A stretch of DNA of 63,468 nt, filler included, from Reticulomyxa filosa (lineage: Eukaryota > Protista > Foraminifera): the NCBI GenBank assembly GCA_000512085.1. It is 11 parts of 11 records of this genome, joined end to end, with 100 filler letters (N's around TTAATTAATTAA, not from the genome) between each part and the next. Parts side by side here need not be neighbours in the genome. Positions count along the whole stretch, not along the records: positions 16,064 to 30,513 come from ASPP01029166.1; positions 30,614 to 31,618 come from ASPP01012674.1; positions 31,719 to 37,505 come from ASPP01012040.1; positions 37,606 to 38,842 come from ASPP01039873.1; positions 38,943 to 46,741 come from ASPP01019264.1; 6 more parts are not named here. One strand, written 5' to 3'. Made by a program: the position numbers and the translations under genes. Positions 26,101-39,480 of the stretch are shown here, one piece after another (within the stretch, counting starts at the first letter, position 1; the number at the start of each line of letters is the position of its first letter). The notes under the pieces are model-generated. The model worked only from the letters and a program-made list of their open reading frames with translations. It was not told where the DNA came from and did not search any database.

Positions 26101-27375
26101 ATGAAACCAACCTCAGTGTCGTTGGAAGAGAAGTTCGGGATGAATGATCAGGAGAAAATATCGAATCATCGAAATACAAATTCAGTAAATGACAATGACG
26201 AAGAGACAAGGATAAAAATTTATCGTCCAGGAAGTGGTCATGGATATGAGCAGGTGAATTGGCGACAATGGAAAACGGCGAATCGAAACCATTTTCTTTG
26301 CAATGGTCGCATAATGTGTGGGAGTGATTGGTATTTTTTCCTTGGGACAAATGCATTGACAATCATCCCATCGGTCTTATATTTCGTTTTTGTTAATGTG
26401 ACTTTGAGTGTGGGATTTCAATGCCTTGGCTACTTCTTCTTTCTGTTGAGTGTAGTTTTTTTATTTCGCGCTGCTCTGACGGATCCAGGATATCTTCCAA
26501 GAGGTAACCTACTAACACCGGAACCTCATCGTCAAAATAGATCTGACGGCACTAAATTTTGTCGTTTTGTTATATACACACCTTTTGTATGTCTATTTGT
26601 ACCATGTGTTTATATTTATATTTTTGTGTAAGATATGACTTACAAAAAAACATTGACGTTTTTCATTTGAAAAAAGCAACATGTCGTATTTGGCGACCGC
26701 AGCGTGCGAAACATTGTCGATATTGCGATGCTTGGTTTGTTATACGCATATTAATTGCTTCTTTATAAATTACCCCAAAAAAACACATAAAATTATCCCA
26801 AAAAAAAAGTGTGAGAAAGTTCGATCATCATTGTCCTTGGGTCGGTACATGTGTTGGAGAGAGGAATTATCGATATTTTGCTGGATTTGTAATCAGTATC
26901 AGCTTATACGCTGCATATATTGGCGGGACATGTTTGTATTGGTTGTACCACAAATGTAACAGTCTGGCCAATGACAAAAACACAAAATGGACAGAACAAA
27001 TTTCTAAAAGTATTAAACAAAACCCTTGTGCATTAGCCATTTCCATTTACGCTGCTGTTGTGTTTTTGTGTGTCTCTTCGTTGGCTTTGTATCACATTCA
27101 TTTAATTATCATCAATCAAACCACCAATGAAAATGTCAAAAACACTTATACCAGTACTGTTAATCCCTATGATCATGGCTGTACTAACAATTTCAAGCAA
27201 GTATTTTGCTATCCAACACCACCAAGGTTTGTTCTCTTTCATTTACTTGTTTTGATGTTTTCTCTTGTCCATCGAGAAATACACAAACACCAAACAACGC
27301 GATTAATATTGAAAATATAGTCTAATTGTCAGCACCAACAAGTCTTATTCTGCTATTGGCCATGATACACAGTGA
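26101..27375 (+). CDS. DHHC palmitoyltransferase, Erf2/ZDHHC9-like; 4 exons
   Basis: NRNHFLCNGRIMCG, TDPGYLPRG, KFC/TCRIWRPQRAKHCRYCDA/CVRKFDHHCPWVGTCVGERNYRYF, TTNE, NPYDHG. Confidence 0.95.
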
Positions 27376-28465
27376 ATCATAATATTAATATTAGTTGTTG
27401 TTTTTCTTTGCCGTGGGTAAAAATAGACAAAAATGAACATCGTCTAATTTTGCACAACTTTTGTTGAATGTGAGTTATTCACAATTGGGGCTTTTGTACT
27501 GTTCAAAAAAATTTGATAGCAATTCAACATTTGATATTGCAATTTTAATAATTCAAATAGATTTTAAACCAGGTCTAAATAGTGAATATATTCGTCTAAT
27601 TACAAACTCGAAAATTCGATCCTAAAAGAAAAATTTTCTGGGCATACAAAATTGTTTTTATTTAGCGTATTAATTTGAAATAGCATCATATTTTTTTCTC
27701 TTCAGCGGAAACTGAAAAAGTCCAAACATTGAAAATTGAGCGCAACTTGGGCTATTTGAATAACATTTATGTTATCTATTTTACGAAAGTACAATTAATC
27801 GATTTGAAAGTGGGTAATCGCGTAAATTCAGACAGCATGATTGATTTATTTTTAATACTTGGCAAGGATTACACGTTTTTTGTGGAGAAATCGGTGGTCT
27901 TCATAAAGCAGTTGGAAGGACTAATGCGGAAAAGACCGAAAGTGTAAAAAGTCATCGCTCTATTGAGTAGACAAAATAATAAATAAAACAGAGCCTTGTT
28001 CTGTAAAGTGGATTTTTGGCAAACTATTGTATTTGATATTGTGTTGAATCTGACTGATAAATAATAGCAAGATTAATTATCAGAAATGTATTCTTGAATT
28101 GGGCTTACAATTGAGTTCTGATTCTTTTTCAGTTCTTTGAAATATCCCTTAAGTGGTGCGACATAGACAAGGATTATGTATAATTTGTAGAGTTTCTAAA
28201 GTCAGAATTTCGCTTTTTTGAAAAATTGGACTGAAAGGTTAAAAACGTTTCATATTCAAAAAATATTTGTAGTTTTTTCACAATAGTTTTTGCATTAAAT
28301 TTTTAATGCTCTCCAAATTGAGAGTAACTTTTTTGCTTTTTTTACCTATTTTTCATATAGCAAAAGCAACTCTGTTTAAGTCAGACATTTAATGAAAAAC
28401 TATTGTTTCCAAAGGTGGCCCGATGAGAACATAAATTTAATTGCTTTGAATATAGAGAAATAAAA

Positions 28466-29419
28466 ATGTGTTTGGAGTGTATTCTTGGATCAGTTCGCAT
28501 CATTTTACACCTTTTCAATGCCGCACATTCTTTGGTTGGCTTGGCATTGTTCGGGGTTGGAATTTACATGGAATTCAAGCACGGTTCGATGTTTTCGGAG
28601 CTAGTGATGATTGTCGGAGCCTTTGTCTTCATTTGTGAGTGTTAACCTCTTTGTCTAGTGATTGTCTTCTCCTAAAAATTGTTTTCCTTCATCCTTTTAC
28701 AAATTTACTTTATTATTATAGCGGCACTCCTTGGCATTATTGCTGTTCGCAAAGAAAGTATGTGTTTGCTGGTCACTTGTGGTTTGGCCATGGTTGTGCT
28801 CTTTTTGCTGAATCTTGTTTTGCTGATTATGTCGTATACGAACTTTGATGATCTATTGGGAAAGGCAAATGACACTGTATGTTGTTATTCGAACAAAAGA
28901 AAATTATATTTCTTTAATTATATTACCTTTTATACGTGTATTTTCAAAAAACAAAACTAAAGACGAAAAACTGGGCTCAAGACCATAAAACCATTGTTCA
29001 ATTCTTACTTATGGGTTTAGTTGGTATCGAAGTTAAGCAATTTTTGTCATAACAATCAGCAAAAAGATCTTTTTAAAAAACTATCGAAAAATCGCATAAT
29101 ATTTGCGGGTTATTGTTGACATGGATTTGGGTGTGTATATGAATAGCTGTTAAGTCTCCCGCTGGTTTATACTCTTTATCGAAGTGACGATAATGATCAT
29201 GAAGGAAAGGAACGCCGAAAAAAGTTGAAGGAAATGAAAAAAGAAAATTCAAAAATGAAGGTTGAAAATAGTTACAGTGGTGCGACTGGAAAATATACCA
29301 AATCGCTTAACAGTCCAAAGAGCACGAGCCAGCCAAGTAAGAAAAGAGTAGGTTCAGACCGTTACATGCGTGTGGGAAGTCGTGACGAACTTCCACGAAT
29401 GTCGATTGATGATTTGTGA
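28466..29419 (+). CDS. Tetraspanin-like 4-TM protein with a basic cytoplasmic tail; 4 exons
   Basis: ILHLFNAAHSLVGLALFGVGIY / IVGAFVFI..ALLGIIAVRKESMCLL / LLNLVLLIM / FLLMGLVGIE follow the tetraspanin TM1-4 pattern. The large extracellular loop is short and has no CCG motif. Confidence 0.65.
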
Positions 29420-30101
29420 CATTTTTTTTTCCTCTATTAACTATATCCTACAAACTTAAAGTGCGTTTGCGAACAATTATTTAGTACTCTTACTCATGGT
29501 TTCACTTTTCTTCAAGTTTTCTGATCTTTGACATGACAAGGAAAATTCAACTATACAGATTCTGTTATGTCGAATGTTAATCTTTAAATTTTTTGGTTGA
29601 GTACTTTTTAACTAATAAAGTTTGTTAAAATAATTATATTTTTAAAACTAAATAATAGAAAAATAATTGGGTAGTCTTTGATATGAGAATATAAAAAAAC
29701 TATCGGCTTACAAACAAATCTGCGCATTAAATTGAGAATCCAAAAGGGAATCTAGCTTCAGTTTCAAGCAAAAGATTTAGATGGTATCTTTGATTGATTC
29801 AAAACAAGTTTGAAGTTTTTTTGTTTGTTTTTGGAAAGGATAACGTATAAATATTAATTAGACAGTATTTTACAAAAAGTCAATTCATAACGATTTTTAA
29901 AAAAAACATAAAATCTCTTAAAATTATTTCAAGAAACTTAAACTGGTACTTTTGAAAGGTTGCGAAAAATTTCATTAAAAACTTTTGATTCTGAATAAAT
30001 TTAAAAAAAAGCCATGAGCCACTTCATTTGGCTACCACGGCTTTCAAAAAAAATATTTTACAATTCATTTACACTCCCACTTCACTCAAATCAAAAAAGT
30101 T

Positions 30102-30513
30102 TTAATTGTCACCTGCGTCGTCGCCAGCATTGTCAAATCACACATCGTCTGTTGGTTGTTCAATCAAGACATCCAAGTAATCCTTTTCTAAGAAGCCTAA
30201 GTCTTCACGAGCTTCCGCAAATTCTACTTCTTCCATTCCTTCTCCTACGTACCAGTGCACAAAAGCTCGCTGGGAGTACATAATATCATACTTCTGGGCA
30301 ATGCGTTTACTAAAGACGCGAGAAATGCCCGTGTTGTTGGCTATCATAACATCATTTTTACTAAATGCACCAATATCATCAGATTATAACGTCACTGCTG
30401 GTACTTCGTTTAATCCTATCTTAAATCCTGTTGGACACCATTCAACTAAAGCAATATTATTATTCGATCTTAACCATTGAACCGTTGCATTTGCTTCTTT
30501 CGATTTAATATCA
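30102..30513 (-). pseudogene. Divergent Retaria-type (alpha2-like) alpha-tubulin 3' end with in-frame stops; 5' truncated
   Basis: KEANATVQWLR...VEWCPTGFKIGLN...TL*SDD (TAA 30384-30386)...[34 protein letters not shown]...DDV* (TGA 30138-30140) FDNAGDDAGDN*. Confidence 0.8.
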
Positions 30514-30669
30514 NNNNNNNNNNNNNNNNNNNNNNNNNNNNNNNNNNNNNNNNNNNNTTAATTAATTAANNNNNNNNNNNNNNNNNNNNNNNNNNNNNNN
30601 NNNNNNNNNNNNNTTTTAAAAAAAAAAAAATTTTTTTTTTTTTTTTTTTTTTTTTGATTGGTTGAGATA

Positions 30670-31017
30670 ATTCACAGTTACGCAACATAATTTTGATGTG
30701 TACCACAGTGTGCAGCTAATCAATGACTCTTTTGAACAACCTAAGCCCACATGGTAACCAAATGACAGGGGAATTCGAAATACGTTCCAAGATACTACCA
30801 TCACCATAGATAGTAATGCATACAGATTCATCACGCTAATGCGCCAAAGACTGCCTATCGGGAGAGGCTCGATTGCTTGCCGGTGTCGTACATGTTGTAT
30901 CAGCTGCTTCGTCAAAATTACAAGCAATATCAACGAATGCACACTACCTATGCATACCATGACTCGATCTGTCCATATTGAGCCATCTGTCACGTAAGGA
31001 TATTTCCAATATCGCAT
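30670..31017 (-). CDS. N-terminal exon of a multi-pass membrane protein, GPCR-like; truncated
   Basis: Three hydrophobic segments with a Cys before the third (GLGCSKES...LWYTSKLC), then an intron running into the contig end. Confidence 0.5.
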
Positions 31018-31718
31018 ACTTTCTTAAATCTTGTCGATTTGGAAAACCCCATCTCTTTTTAAAAAAGACTTTCAAAGTTATTTGCAAACAACTCATTCCC
31101 TTTATATTACATTATACAATCGAAGCACAGAGAGGATTAATCTTAAAACATTCTTGTTTTTAAGATTGGCTGGAATGACTACCAAAATATTCAAAAAATG
31201 TTTTGCATGTGTATTTCATTTTATTATTGGGGAATACTTTTGTGATAAATGCCATTGTTATTGTTTATTTCCATGTCTGAAAAATGTACAGTTTCATTTA
31301 CATTTAATACTTATTGTATTGTTTTTCGTGTCCTAATAAATCAACGTGTTTTACCTCGGATGTTCAGAAATGTTCTGACCAAGACGTTTTTTTAAAAAAC
31401 TCTGTCGAGCTTTTTTAAGCTTATCATTTGGAAGCACCAAAGAAAGTAATCAAAACCTTTCTCAGACTAATTCATTCAAATTATTCAAAGACCAAGTGAA
31501 TAACATTTGTGAATATGACAGACATACAAAAAGCAGAAAGTCCAAACAAGCAAATACCAAACATCGACAAAAGTAATAATGAAAACATTGCTTTTTCCAA
31601 AAAACAAAAAAAAAAAAANNNNNNNNNNNNNNNNNNNNNNNNNNNNNNNNNNNNNNNNNNNNTTAATTAATTAANNNNNNNNNNNNNNNNNNNNNNNNNN
31701 NNNNNNNNNNNNNNNNNN

Positions 31719-31751
<33 letters not shown>

Positions 31752-31814
31752 GGAGGAACACGAGGGTTCAAGACTTATTTGAAAAACAAAACAAAAAAAA
31801 ATTAACTTTTTAAA

Positions 31815-32316
31815 CTTGTGGAGATTCAAAAACGGCAACCAATGGCAAGTTTAGTTGTTTGATCAAAAACGTACTTGTCACGGCCGCGGTGCTGCCGACA
31901 CCGGCAGTAGCCTTGACAAACACTGATCCGTTGACAAATTCCGATCCTTCGTACTCGATCAAACTCGATTGGTTTCTCGGCCCATAATGGAACCAACTGA
32001 TCATCTTTGGCCTCTTTATACATCCTCGATCTATTATCGCTGCTTTCTCTTTTTCGCTCTCCTTCTTCTTTTTCTCCTCTTCGCTCTCTTCTTTGGCTTG
32101 CACCTGGCTTGGAGGCTCTGCTACTGCACTCGGTGCAGTTTCTGCTTTCTTCTCTTCCGGTGCTGAGGAAGACGCCACTTGCTCCTTCTTGTCCTTGTCT
32201 TTCTGCTCTACTGACGCGTCCGCTGGCTTATCTGGGGCAGATGAGGACCCTTTTTGATCCTTCGATTCAACTGGGGATAATCCCTTCTCATTGTTCGTTG
32301 CTGGCTGTGAACTCAT
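31815..32316 (-). CDS. PAC2-family (proteasome assembly chaperone-like) protein with an acidic low-complexity N-terminus; first exon only
   Basis: VFVKATAGVGSTAAVTSTFLIKQLNLPLVAVFESP resembles the PAC2 N-terminal GxxGVG...xLIxQLxL motif. Confidence 0.45.
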
Positions 32317-32853
32317 TATTATTGCTAGATTTTCGGTTTTTTCTTGTCTGACTTTCCTCCTTTTCCGTAAACGTTTTTTTTAAAAGTACTTTTGAATTGT
32401 TATTAGTTGTATATATGTTCTTTTTCTTAATTGGTGATAGATCCAATAGCATTAGTTCCTGTTGCTACATTTAATCGTATTTTAAGAAATGAAATATGTG
32501 TCCTACTTTTAAGAAACAAAATAACCATTGAATTTGATCTTTATTTGTGTTAATAAAAAGCGATGCGTAGCAAAATAAATATGATATTAAAATGTTCAAC
32601 TAAAACATTGAAGATATGCTAACGATCATGAATGTTATAAAAGATGATTATACAAATGAAAAAAAAAACAACTAAAATGTCCTTGGAAAAAATCATATAC
32701 TTTCTTAAGAAAAGATTTTATGTGTGGCACAAAATTTTTAAACGATTAAAACAAAGCAAAAATCACAAACAAACAAAATTTTACAATGAATAGCAAAAAA
32801 TATATTATTGTTTTTATTTTTGCTTATTGTTTTTGGACAACTTTGGAAACAAC

Positions 32854-35111
32854 TTAGTGTTGCCTGTAAAGCTGTGACTTGGCCATAATCTGATTAAGTT
32901 GGTAAAAACGATCAACCCCGTTAAGAGTGAAAGGTACTGCTCTGATTCGAGGTGCAATGAAAGATGATGCACTGACTGAATGTCTGTCATTTTGTAGAAG
33001 ATAGCTCTCTTTATTGAAAAATCTACTAGGGGAAGAGTGCATACTGCTTTCCACATTTTGAATAATATTTTTTATTTTGGGCACGTCCTTTTCTTGTTCA
33101 GTCGCAGCAATCTGATCTTTTAATTGACATTGTTGCGATTTAATTTTCTGGTCCCTTGCTGATCGATATTGTTTTATGCTGTCACGTAATTGAAAGTTTT
33201 TAAGATGGTTTGCTTCTTCTTTTTGCATTTTTTTCAGCATTTGATACTGTGTAGCATGTCCAAAAGTCAATCAGTTGAAAAAGAGCTGATTCTTTAATTT
33301 TTTTTGGAATCTGCCTCCTCTCCTTGAAAAAGAAAAAGGAAAGGCTTTGGCTACTAGTACTTTTAGAACACACCAGAGAACTGTTAACTCACATTTTTGA
33401 ATTCGTTAACACGTTGGTAGCGAGTTAAGTGATGAGTAGCAGCACGCCTTTTCATTTGCGAAACTAGTCTCTAAAAATTAAAAAAGCAGAGATAACAGAT
33501 AAACAAAATAAAACAAGCTTTTCATTGTTTCTAAGTTTTGGGACAGTAACCAGAAGAAATTTTTAAAAAGTTCAACTTTGAGCTTTCCTTCTTCCATTCT
33601 TCTTGCCAAAGTGAGTCTACGATTTTTCTCGGCTCTATTTTGATCTGCTTCCATTCTACTTAATCGTTCTTGTTGCAATTCAGTTGGGAAATAAATTGAT
33701 TTCATCGACTCTTTTTTTGCCTGTCTTTTGGCGAGATACCTCTTCATTTTTTCAACCTCAAATTTTTGAATCTTTGCTTGTTCCAATTTTTGTTTTTCTG
33801 ATAAAGCGTGATGTTTGTACTGTTCTTGATCAGCCAGTCTTTTTTTTGAATAAAGAATTTGATATTTTTATAAGGATAAATGAACAGAGCAGCGGAAAAA
33901 CAACTCTCTGAACTGTTGATGATTGTGCGAGTGTTTTTGTTTGCGAACATTTTGGGTTTGTTGTGTATGAAGAACCAACTCTTCGACCTTATGGTGATGT
34001 CTTTGTAGTTCTTGATGATAGCGGTGTTCGATTTGCTCAACAGTTTGGTTTCTTTGATGATTTAACTGTTGACCGCTTTGATACATTTCTTCAGCTTTAT
34101 CCCACATATCTTGCGCTCTTTTCTGCATGAGCTTTTGCCTTTGAACTTTTTGTTCCATCTCAGTTTCCTTCCATTTTTGTTTATTTTCATTTTGAAGTTT
34201 GGTTGATTCGGTCATCTTTGTTTCTTGTTCTTGTTTCAGATATTCTTCCAATTGCCTTGTTCTATCCATTGTTCTCATATTGTGCAGCTGTCTGCACTGT
34301 AGTTCCGTTTCAAGTTTTTCCGCCTCTTTTCTGATATGTCCTTTAGACTTTTGCTGCCGTTTTTTACGTTTCGCTGTTTTTTGAATAGCCTCCAATTTTT
34401 AGTGCTAACCTTCTTGTCTCATGCTCTTGTTCAAATATACTTTTTTGGATTTTTTCTTCTTCTTTTGACATCATTTCTTCCACACTGTCTCCTCTTTTCT
34501 CTGTTTTTGTGTCATCTGTTAGATGCTCTCGAATTACTTTTTCTCTGCCAGCTGCCAACTTTTTGTTTATAAAAGGCATCACATATATTTATATGTATAT
34601 ACTTTTGTTTAAAATTTTTGAAAAAAATACGACGCTGGTCATTGTTAACAAAATTAAATTAAAACTTTTATAAGGCATATTTTTATATAAAAAAAAATGT
34701 ACCTCTTGCAAAAGAACCATTTGACGTTGCTGATAAAAGTCCAATTGAACTTTTTTTTCGGTATCTGTCCCTTCGAAGTCGTCCAAGGTTTTGTTACAAA
34801 CTTCTTCGAACTTTAATCCAAGCATATCCAAGGCATAACGCGTTCTGATAAATAAAAAAAAAAGAGAACAACAAATGGGTGATGTTGTGTTTTCTCGGAT
34901 CAAAGTCAAATCATGCCATTAATTCATTTCGTACTTTTTTTGCTGGAAAAAACTTGGACATTACAAAAAAGCTAATATAAGAAGATGATATTGCAAAAAC
35001 AAAAATTTTCCTAATCGTAGAGTCAAACCTTGGAGTGATATTTTTTTGGGGGGTAGCAGAAACGCGACCAATTTGACGCAAATCTTTTTGAGGAACATCG
35101 TTGGCTGTCAT
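32854..35111 (-). CDS. Long charged coiled-coil protein, weakly CCDC177/DUF4659-like; multi-exon
   Basis: ORFs 34911-35111, 34589-34909, 34364-34582, 33868-34395, 33478-33786 and 32854-33270 are collinear and K/E/Q/R-rich. N-terminal RTRYALDMLGLKFEEV...DDF motif. Confidence 0.55.
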
Positions 35112-35523
35112 TGAGGCTTTTTTATTCTGACTGATCGATTTTTTGTGATAGTAGATTGTAATTACAAAATTGATTTGAAACGTTGACTGTGTTTAATGCA
35201 TACTGTCATTACATCATAACCTACTCCTGAAGATATATGACTAACTTTGACTAGCCAATGTCATGTACATGAGATCAAATGCTACATAAAAAAGCCAGTT
35301 TTAATTAGCGTTCAAGCATAAGCTGAATTAGCACAATACAGAAAATAAACAAGTTTATTTACTGTTTTTTTTTAGTAGTTGTTTATTCAAATTAACTTAC
35401 TTTTGTTACAATTACGACAAAATTTCGAGTAAATGTTAAAAAAAAATAAGAAAGAAAAGTTATGCTCTTTTCAATTGGCCCTTCCAAATTTGTTGAAAAA
35501 AAAACACTATCATTCATGCATGG

Positions 35524-36411
35524 ATGGATGCATTTTGGTCCGCCCTAAAAAATTATATATCCTCCTCATCCTCTAGTACTTCATCATCACAAGATCAAGT
35601 CGTAAATGTAGATAAGTTTTCGTATTTCAAAGTGGGTTACAGTTGTGCAACCAACACACTGTTTGACCCTGACCCAGGAATAGCGAACGACATTCGAAAG
35701 CAACGTTTTGAGTGGTTGAAATTTTTCAAGGAGGAAGAGTTTATGGTGACAAAAGTGTCGATATACGTAAGACCAGTGACAAGTAATACGTTTTCGACAG
35801 TGGATTACACATTGATAAACCACGGAATCTTCCATCCGATAATAATTCTAACAACGAACCATAAGAAAGAAGAGTACCGTTATTTTTACTGCGACCGTGT
35901 TGTGGAGGAGATCCGATTTGAGGTGTTGACAGAGGAACTGGAGCAGGAGCAATTGTTGAGCAAAGCATGTTTTAAAGTGGTGTCGAATGAAATAAGCAAA
36001 GGGGATGGGGTTGTGTCTGATGTGATCAGCAGTCAAACTTTTGCTCAATTTATTGAACAAGAGTCAGCCCATGGCTACAGCATTCTTTCCAACAACTGCA
36101 TCCATTTCACGTACCACGCTTATTGTCTTTTTGTCACTAAGCATGTCTTGAGCCATGACACTTTTTGGTCTGGATGGACTTTGAGACAATTTTGGAGTCG
36201 TTGCAACCAAACTTTGGAACAACAACATTGGGATGACAAATATTATCCACTCTTTCGAGACAGAAAAACTGGACTTTCTCTTCTGTCTTTAGACTCTTCT
36301 ACTCCTTCCTCTTCCTCTTCCTCTTCTCCTTCCCTTGTTCACACCACTGCCAATTTTCATACTCATTCTGGACAACACCTTCACAAACACATCTTTCGGG
36401 CAATGATATAA
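35524..36411 (+). CDS. Permuted papain-fold enzyme (PPPDE/DeSI or LRAT-like), single exon
   Basis: His in a beta strand (GIFHPIIIL) precedes YSILSNNCIHF, the Y-x-x-x-x-N-N-C-x-H-F catalytic Cys motif of permuted NlpC/P60 families. Confidence 0.6.
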   Translation: MDAFWSALKNYISSSSSSTSSSQDQVVNVDKFSYFKVGYSCATNTLFDPDPGIANDIRKQRFEWLKFFKEEEFMVTKVSIYVRPVTSNTFSTVDYTLINHGIFHPIIILTTNHKKEEYRYFYCDRVVEEIRFEVLTEELEQEQLLSKACFKVVSNEISKGDGVVSDVISSQTFAQFIEQESAHGYSILSNNCIHFTYHAYCLFVTKHVLSHDTFWSGWTLRQFWSRCNQTLEQQHWDDKYYPLFRDRKTGLSLLSLDSSTPSSSSSSSPSLVHTTANFHTHSGQHLHKHIFRAMI

Positions 36412-37010
36412 AAATAGTCTTTTCTAAATTTATTTATTCACAATTAAAGTACTTTTTTTACTAACTCCAATTCTCTTTGAGCAAACTGGATTGTACGTGT
36501 ATGTTTTGGCTCTCTTTGCTTCTTTTTTGGTGGATTTTGCAATCTAATGTTTCCTTTTTGTACAAAATTCTGGCTCGGAAACTTCGTTTTATCTTTTTTA
36601 CAAATCATCCCTTCCAAGGCTTAGTGAAAAGAAATTTTTCTTGTGTCGTTCCATTGCCATTCCACTCCAGCATTGGTCTTTTTGAAGCTTTAGAGAATTG
36701 TATGGCATATTTAAATACAATAATTCTGGAAACAGCCATTTTTAAAATTCGGTGTTAAGCTAGTTTTATGTCATTTTTTCTGGGTATGAATAAAAATATT
36801 CGGAATGTTCATTGAACAAAGTAATCAGGTGAATCAATTGCCAAGTAGGAAAGACAATTAGTTGGAGCGTGCCTTTGTTCAATTTTATCCAGTGTCCAAA
36901 GAAAAATTGTATTTAATTTGCTCAAAATTTTTGCAAAAAAAAAATCAAAAAGTTTTAGTTTTTTCGAACCGGGGGTTTCAAGCAAGGTTAAAAAAAAATA
37001 CCCTATTGTC

Positions 37011-37505
37011 AATGGCCAATCAACTGCAACAACTCCAAGAAAAATTTGCTACTGTTGAAAAAGAGACTATTTCGAAGGTCTGGAAAATTTGTAAAGAGAA
37101 TTTCGACAAAGCAGCTAAGATGCTGGACCTCGCCAAAGAGGTCAAGTTAAGCGGCCCATACACTAACCTAGGATGTAATGTTACTTATTTTTGTTTGGTG
37201 ACATTCATGACACCTCAATTACAGTACAACTTTTGAAAGTCGAAAATATTTTATGGAGTTATCGAAGCAATATTCTTATGAAATTGAAAAAGCAAAGTTT
37301 TTAGAAGCATCAAAGAACTCTAATCAAATTTTTGATGATACATTTACTGAATTAAACAATGCCTATTCCGCTCGCGATTTGAATAGATTAAAAGTCGATG
37401 AACACACATTACATACAAAAATTGAAAAACAAGATAAAGATAAATTGAAAATGACACGAGAAAAATTAATAGAGATTTGTGCAACTTCCAACTTAAATGA
37501 GTTAA
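37011..37505 (+). CDS. Hypothetical protein with a CUE-like N-terminal helical domain; truncated
   Basis: LQQLQEKFATVEKETISKVWKICKENFDKAAKML fits the CUE pattern L...FPxxxxxxIxxVL......A..L. Confidence 0.4.
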
Positions 37506-38543
37506 NNNNNNNNNNNNNNNNNNNNNNNNNNNNNNNNNNNNNNNNNNNNTTAATTAATTAANNNNNNNNNNNNNNNNNNNNNNNNNNNNNNNNNNNNNNN
37601 NNNNNATAGTTTTACTTTTTTTTTTTTATTTTATTTTTTCGTTATTTTTGGATTTTAAATTTGGTGGTCGGTGATAAAACTTATTTTATTCATTTAATTT
37701 TATGTAAAACATTTGAATTTATTTTGTTATGATTGAATAATTTATGGATGAAAATAATTCTATTTAATGTGCATCATTGAAAGAATGAAAGTGATTTGAT
37801 ACACTTATATTTTGTTGCATATTTTTAATAGAATGGTTTAGATATTAGAAGGATATGTTAAAAATTTAATCAAATTAGAGACAGTGATTGCAAAGAAAGT
37901 ATGAAACATTTATATTGCAGTGATAATAATAAATCATTCTTTTTTTTGTGAGAGAAATGTGTTATCGATCGTAACACATTGACAATGTCATCCAATTCAA
38001 AGTAATATGCAATGAGTGGAAGTACAAACAAAGTAAAAGGTGATAGTAAATCAAATGCATTGAATGAATAATCACCACATATTCCCAGTCACTCAGAATT
38101 GATGAACTTACTCTCGAGATAATTGAAAGTTCCATATGAAGAGTTATAAATTGAATAGCATTTGAACAAGCACTTATTACAAAAGCAAATATATACACTA
38201 TTTAAACAGGAGCATTTTATCATCGTGATGCATCCACTAATCAAAACTTTTTTCAATTTTATTTTAATTCAACAGAGCGAGCCATTTTTATCGATTTTAT
38301 AAGTCCAAATTTCCAAAACTTATTAAATATTTCAAAGAAATTGATAAGAAATAGGTTCGATTTTATTTTGACACTAATGTATTTTGTTTGTTTAAGCTTT
38401 GAATAACACATCACAGTTGTATGATTTTGTATCAACAGCTTGTTTAATGCATTTTATTATCAAAGTCAATTTTGAAATTGAAGAATCAACACGGTGATTA
38501 AGAGTATAAATGAAAATACTGATCATCCAACAAGACGTCTTCA

Positions 38544-38842
38544 CTATCCACAGATACGGATAAAACCATAGTGTAAACCGTAACACAAATCAACACCACA
38601 GCCAATATCACCATTGATTTTTTTCTTCTTTTCATTCTATTTTAATTGTAAAGACTTCAAAAAAATTATTCCTCCATCATCTCTTTTGATCACATACAAT
38701 TGATTCCTATTTGATCGAATATTCCAAAAACGAATTGTATTATCACATGATCCCAGAACAAATTGTATTTCCATTTCCACCAACACACCAATATTATCCA
38801 TTTTATTATTAATATCATTTTTGTTATTGCTTTATAATGTGA
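38544..38842 (-). pseudogene. WD40 pseudogene of the same family as 50-62 kb, with internal repeat deletion
   Basis: Reverse complement reads ...NIGV(fs)GGNGNTICSG(fs)SCDNTIRFWNIRSNRNQLYVIKRDDGGIIFLKSLQLK*...DLCYGLHYGFIRICG*. Confidence 0.8.
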
Positions 38843-39480
38843 NNNNNNNNNNNNNNNNNNNNNNNNNNNNNNNNNNNNNNNNNNNNTTAATTAATTAANN
38901 NNNNNNNNNNNNNNNNNNNNNNNNNNNNNNNNNNNNNNNNNNTTTTAATCTTATTTCTTTTTTTGTAATAATATATCTTTTTTTATTTACCGCCATCTGA
39001 AAAATCTCTTGCTATGTTTTTTTTCACTCGAGATAATGGAATTTTATCCACCCATTTGTATATTTCTTGTAATTCTTCAGCATTAAGACTCATTTTTTTT
39101 TTTTTAAGTATCTTTTTAATGACTGTTTAATTGCCCTATTTATTGACGTCATTTTTTATTGATTCTAAGATTTTTTTTATCATCATTTTTATTAGCATGT
39201 AAATATATTATCACTTACAAAAATTCCTTTTTTCAAGTCTTTGCATTAAATTTAAAGTTCAAATACAACATCAAACAGAAATGGTACATTCCCACAAAAA
39301 ATTTGGGACACATCATTTAGTCTGCATGCTTGGATCTCAAAAAAAGAAAAAAGAACGATACTAACATTGAAATAGAAAAAAACAGCTCACACAAAATTCG
39401 ATTCTTCGAGAAGAGGAAAACAAAAGAAAAAATCAAAATCTGATATTATTTTATCTTGACCTACAATTTATAAAAAGGGG

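Noticed and set aside
30138-30386. Stop-codon reassignment suggested by in-frame TAA and TGA in tubulin
   Set aside because: TAA, TAG and TGA all terminate well-supported genes here (NNT, WD40s, DHHC), and long ORFs have no internal stops.
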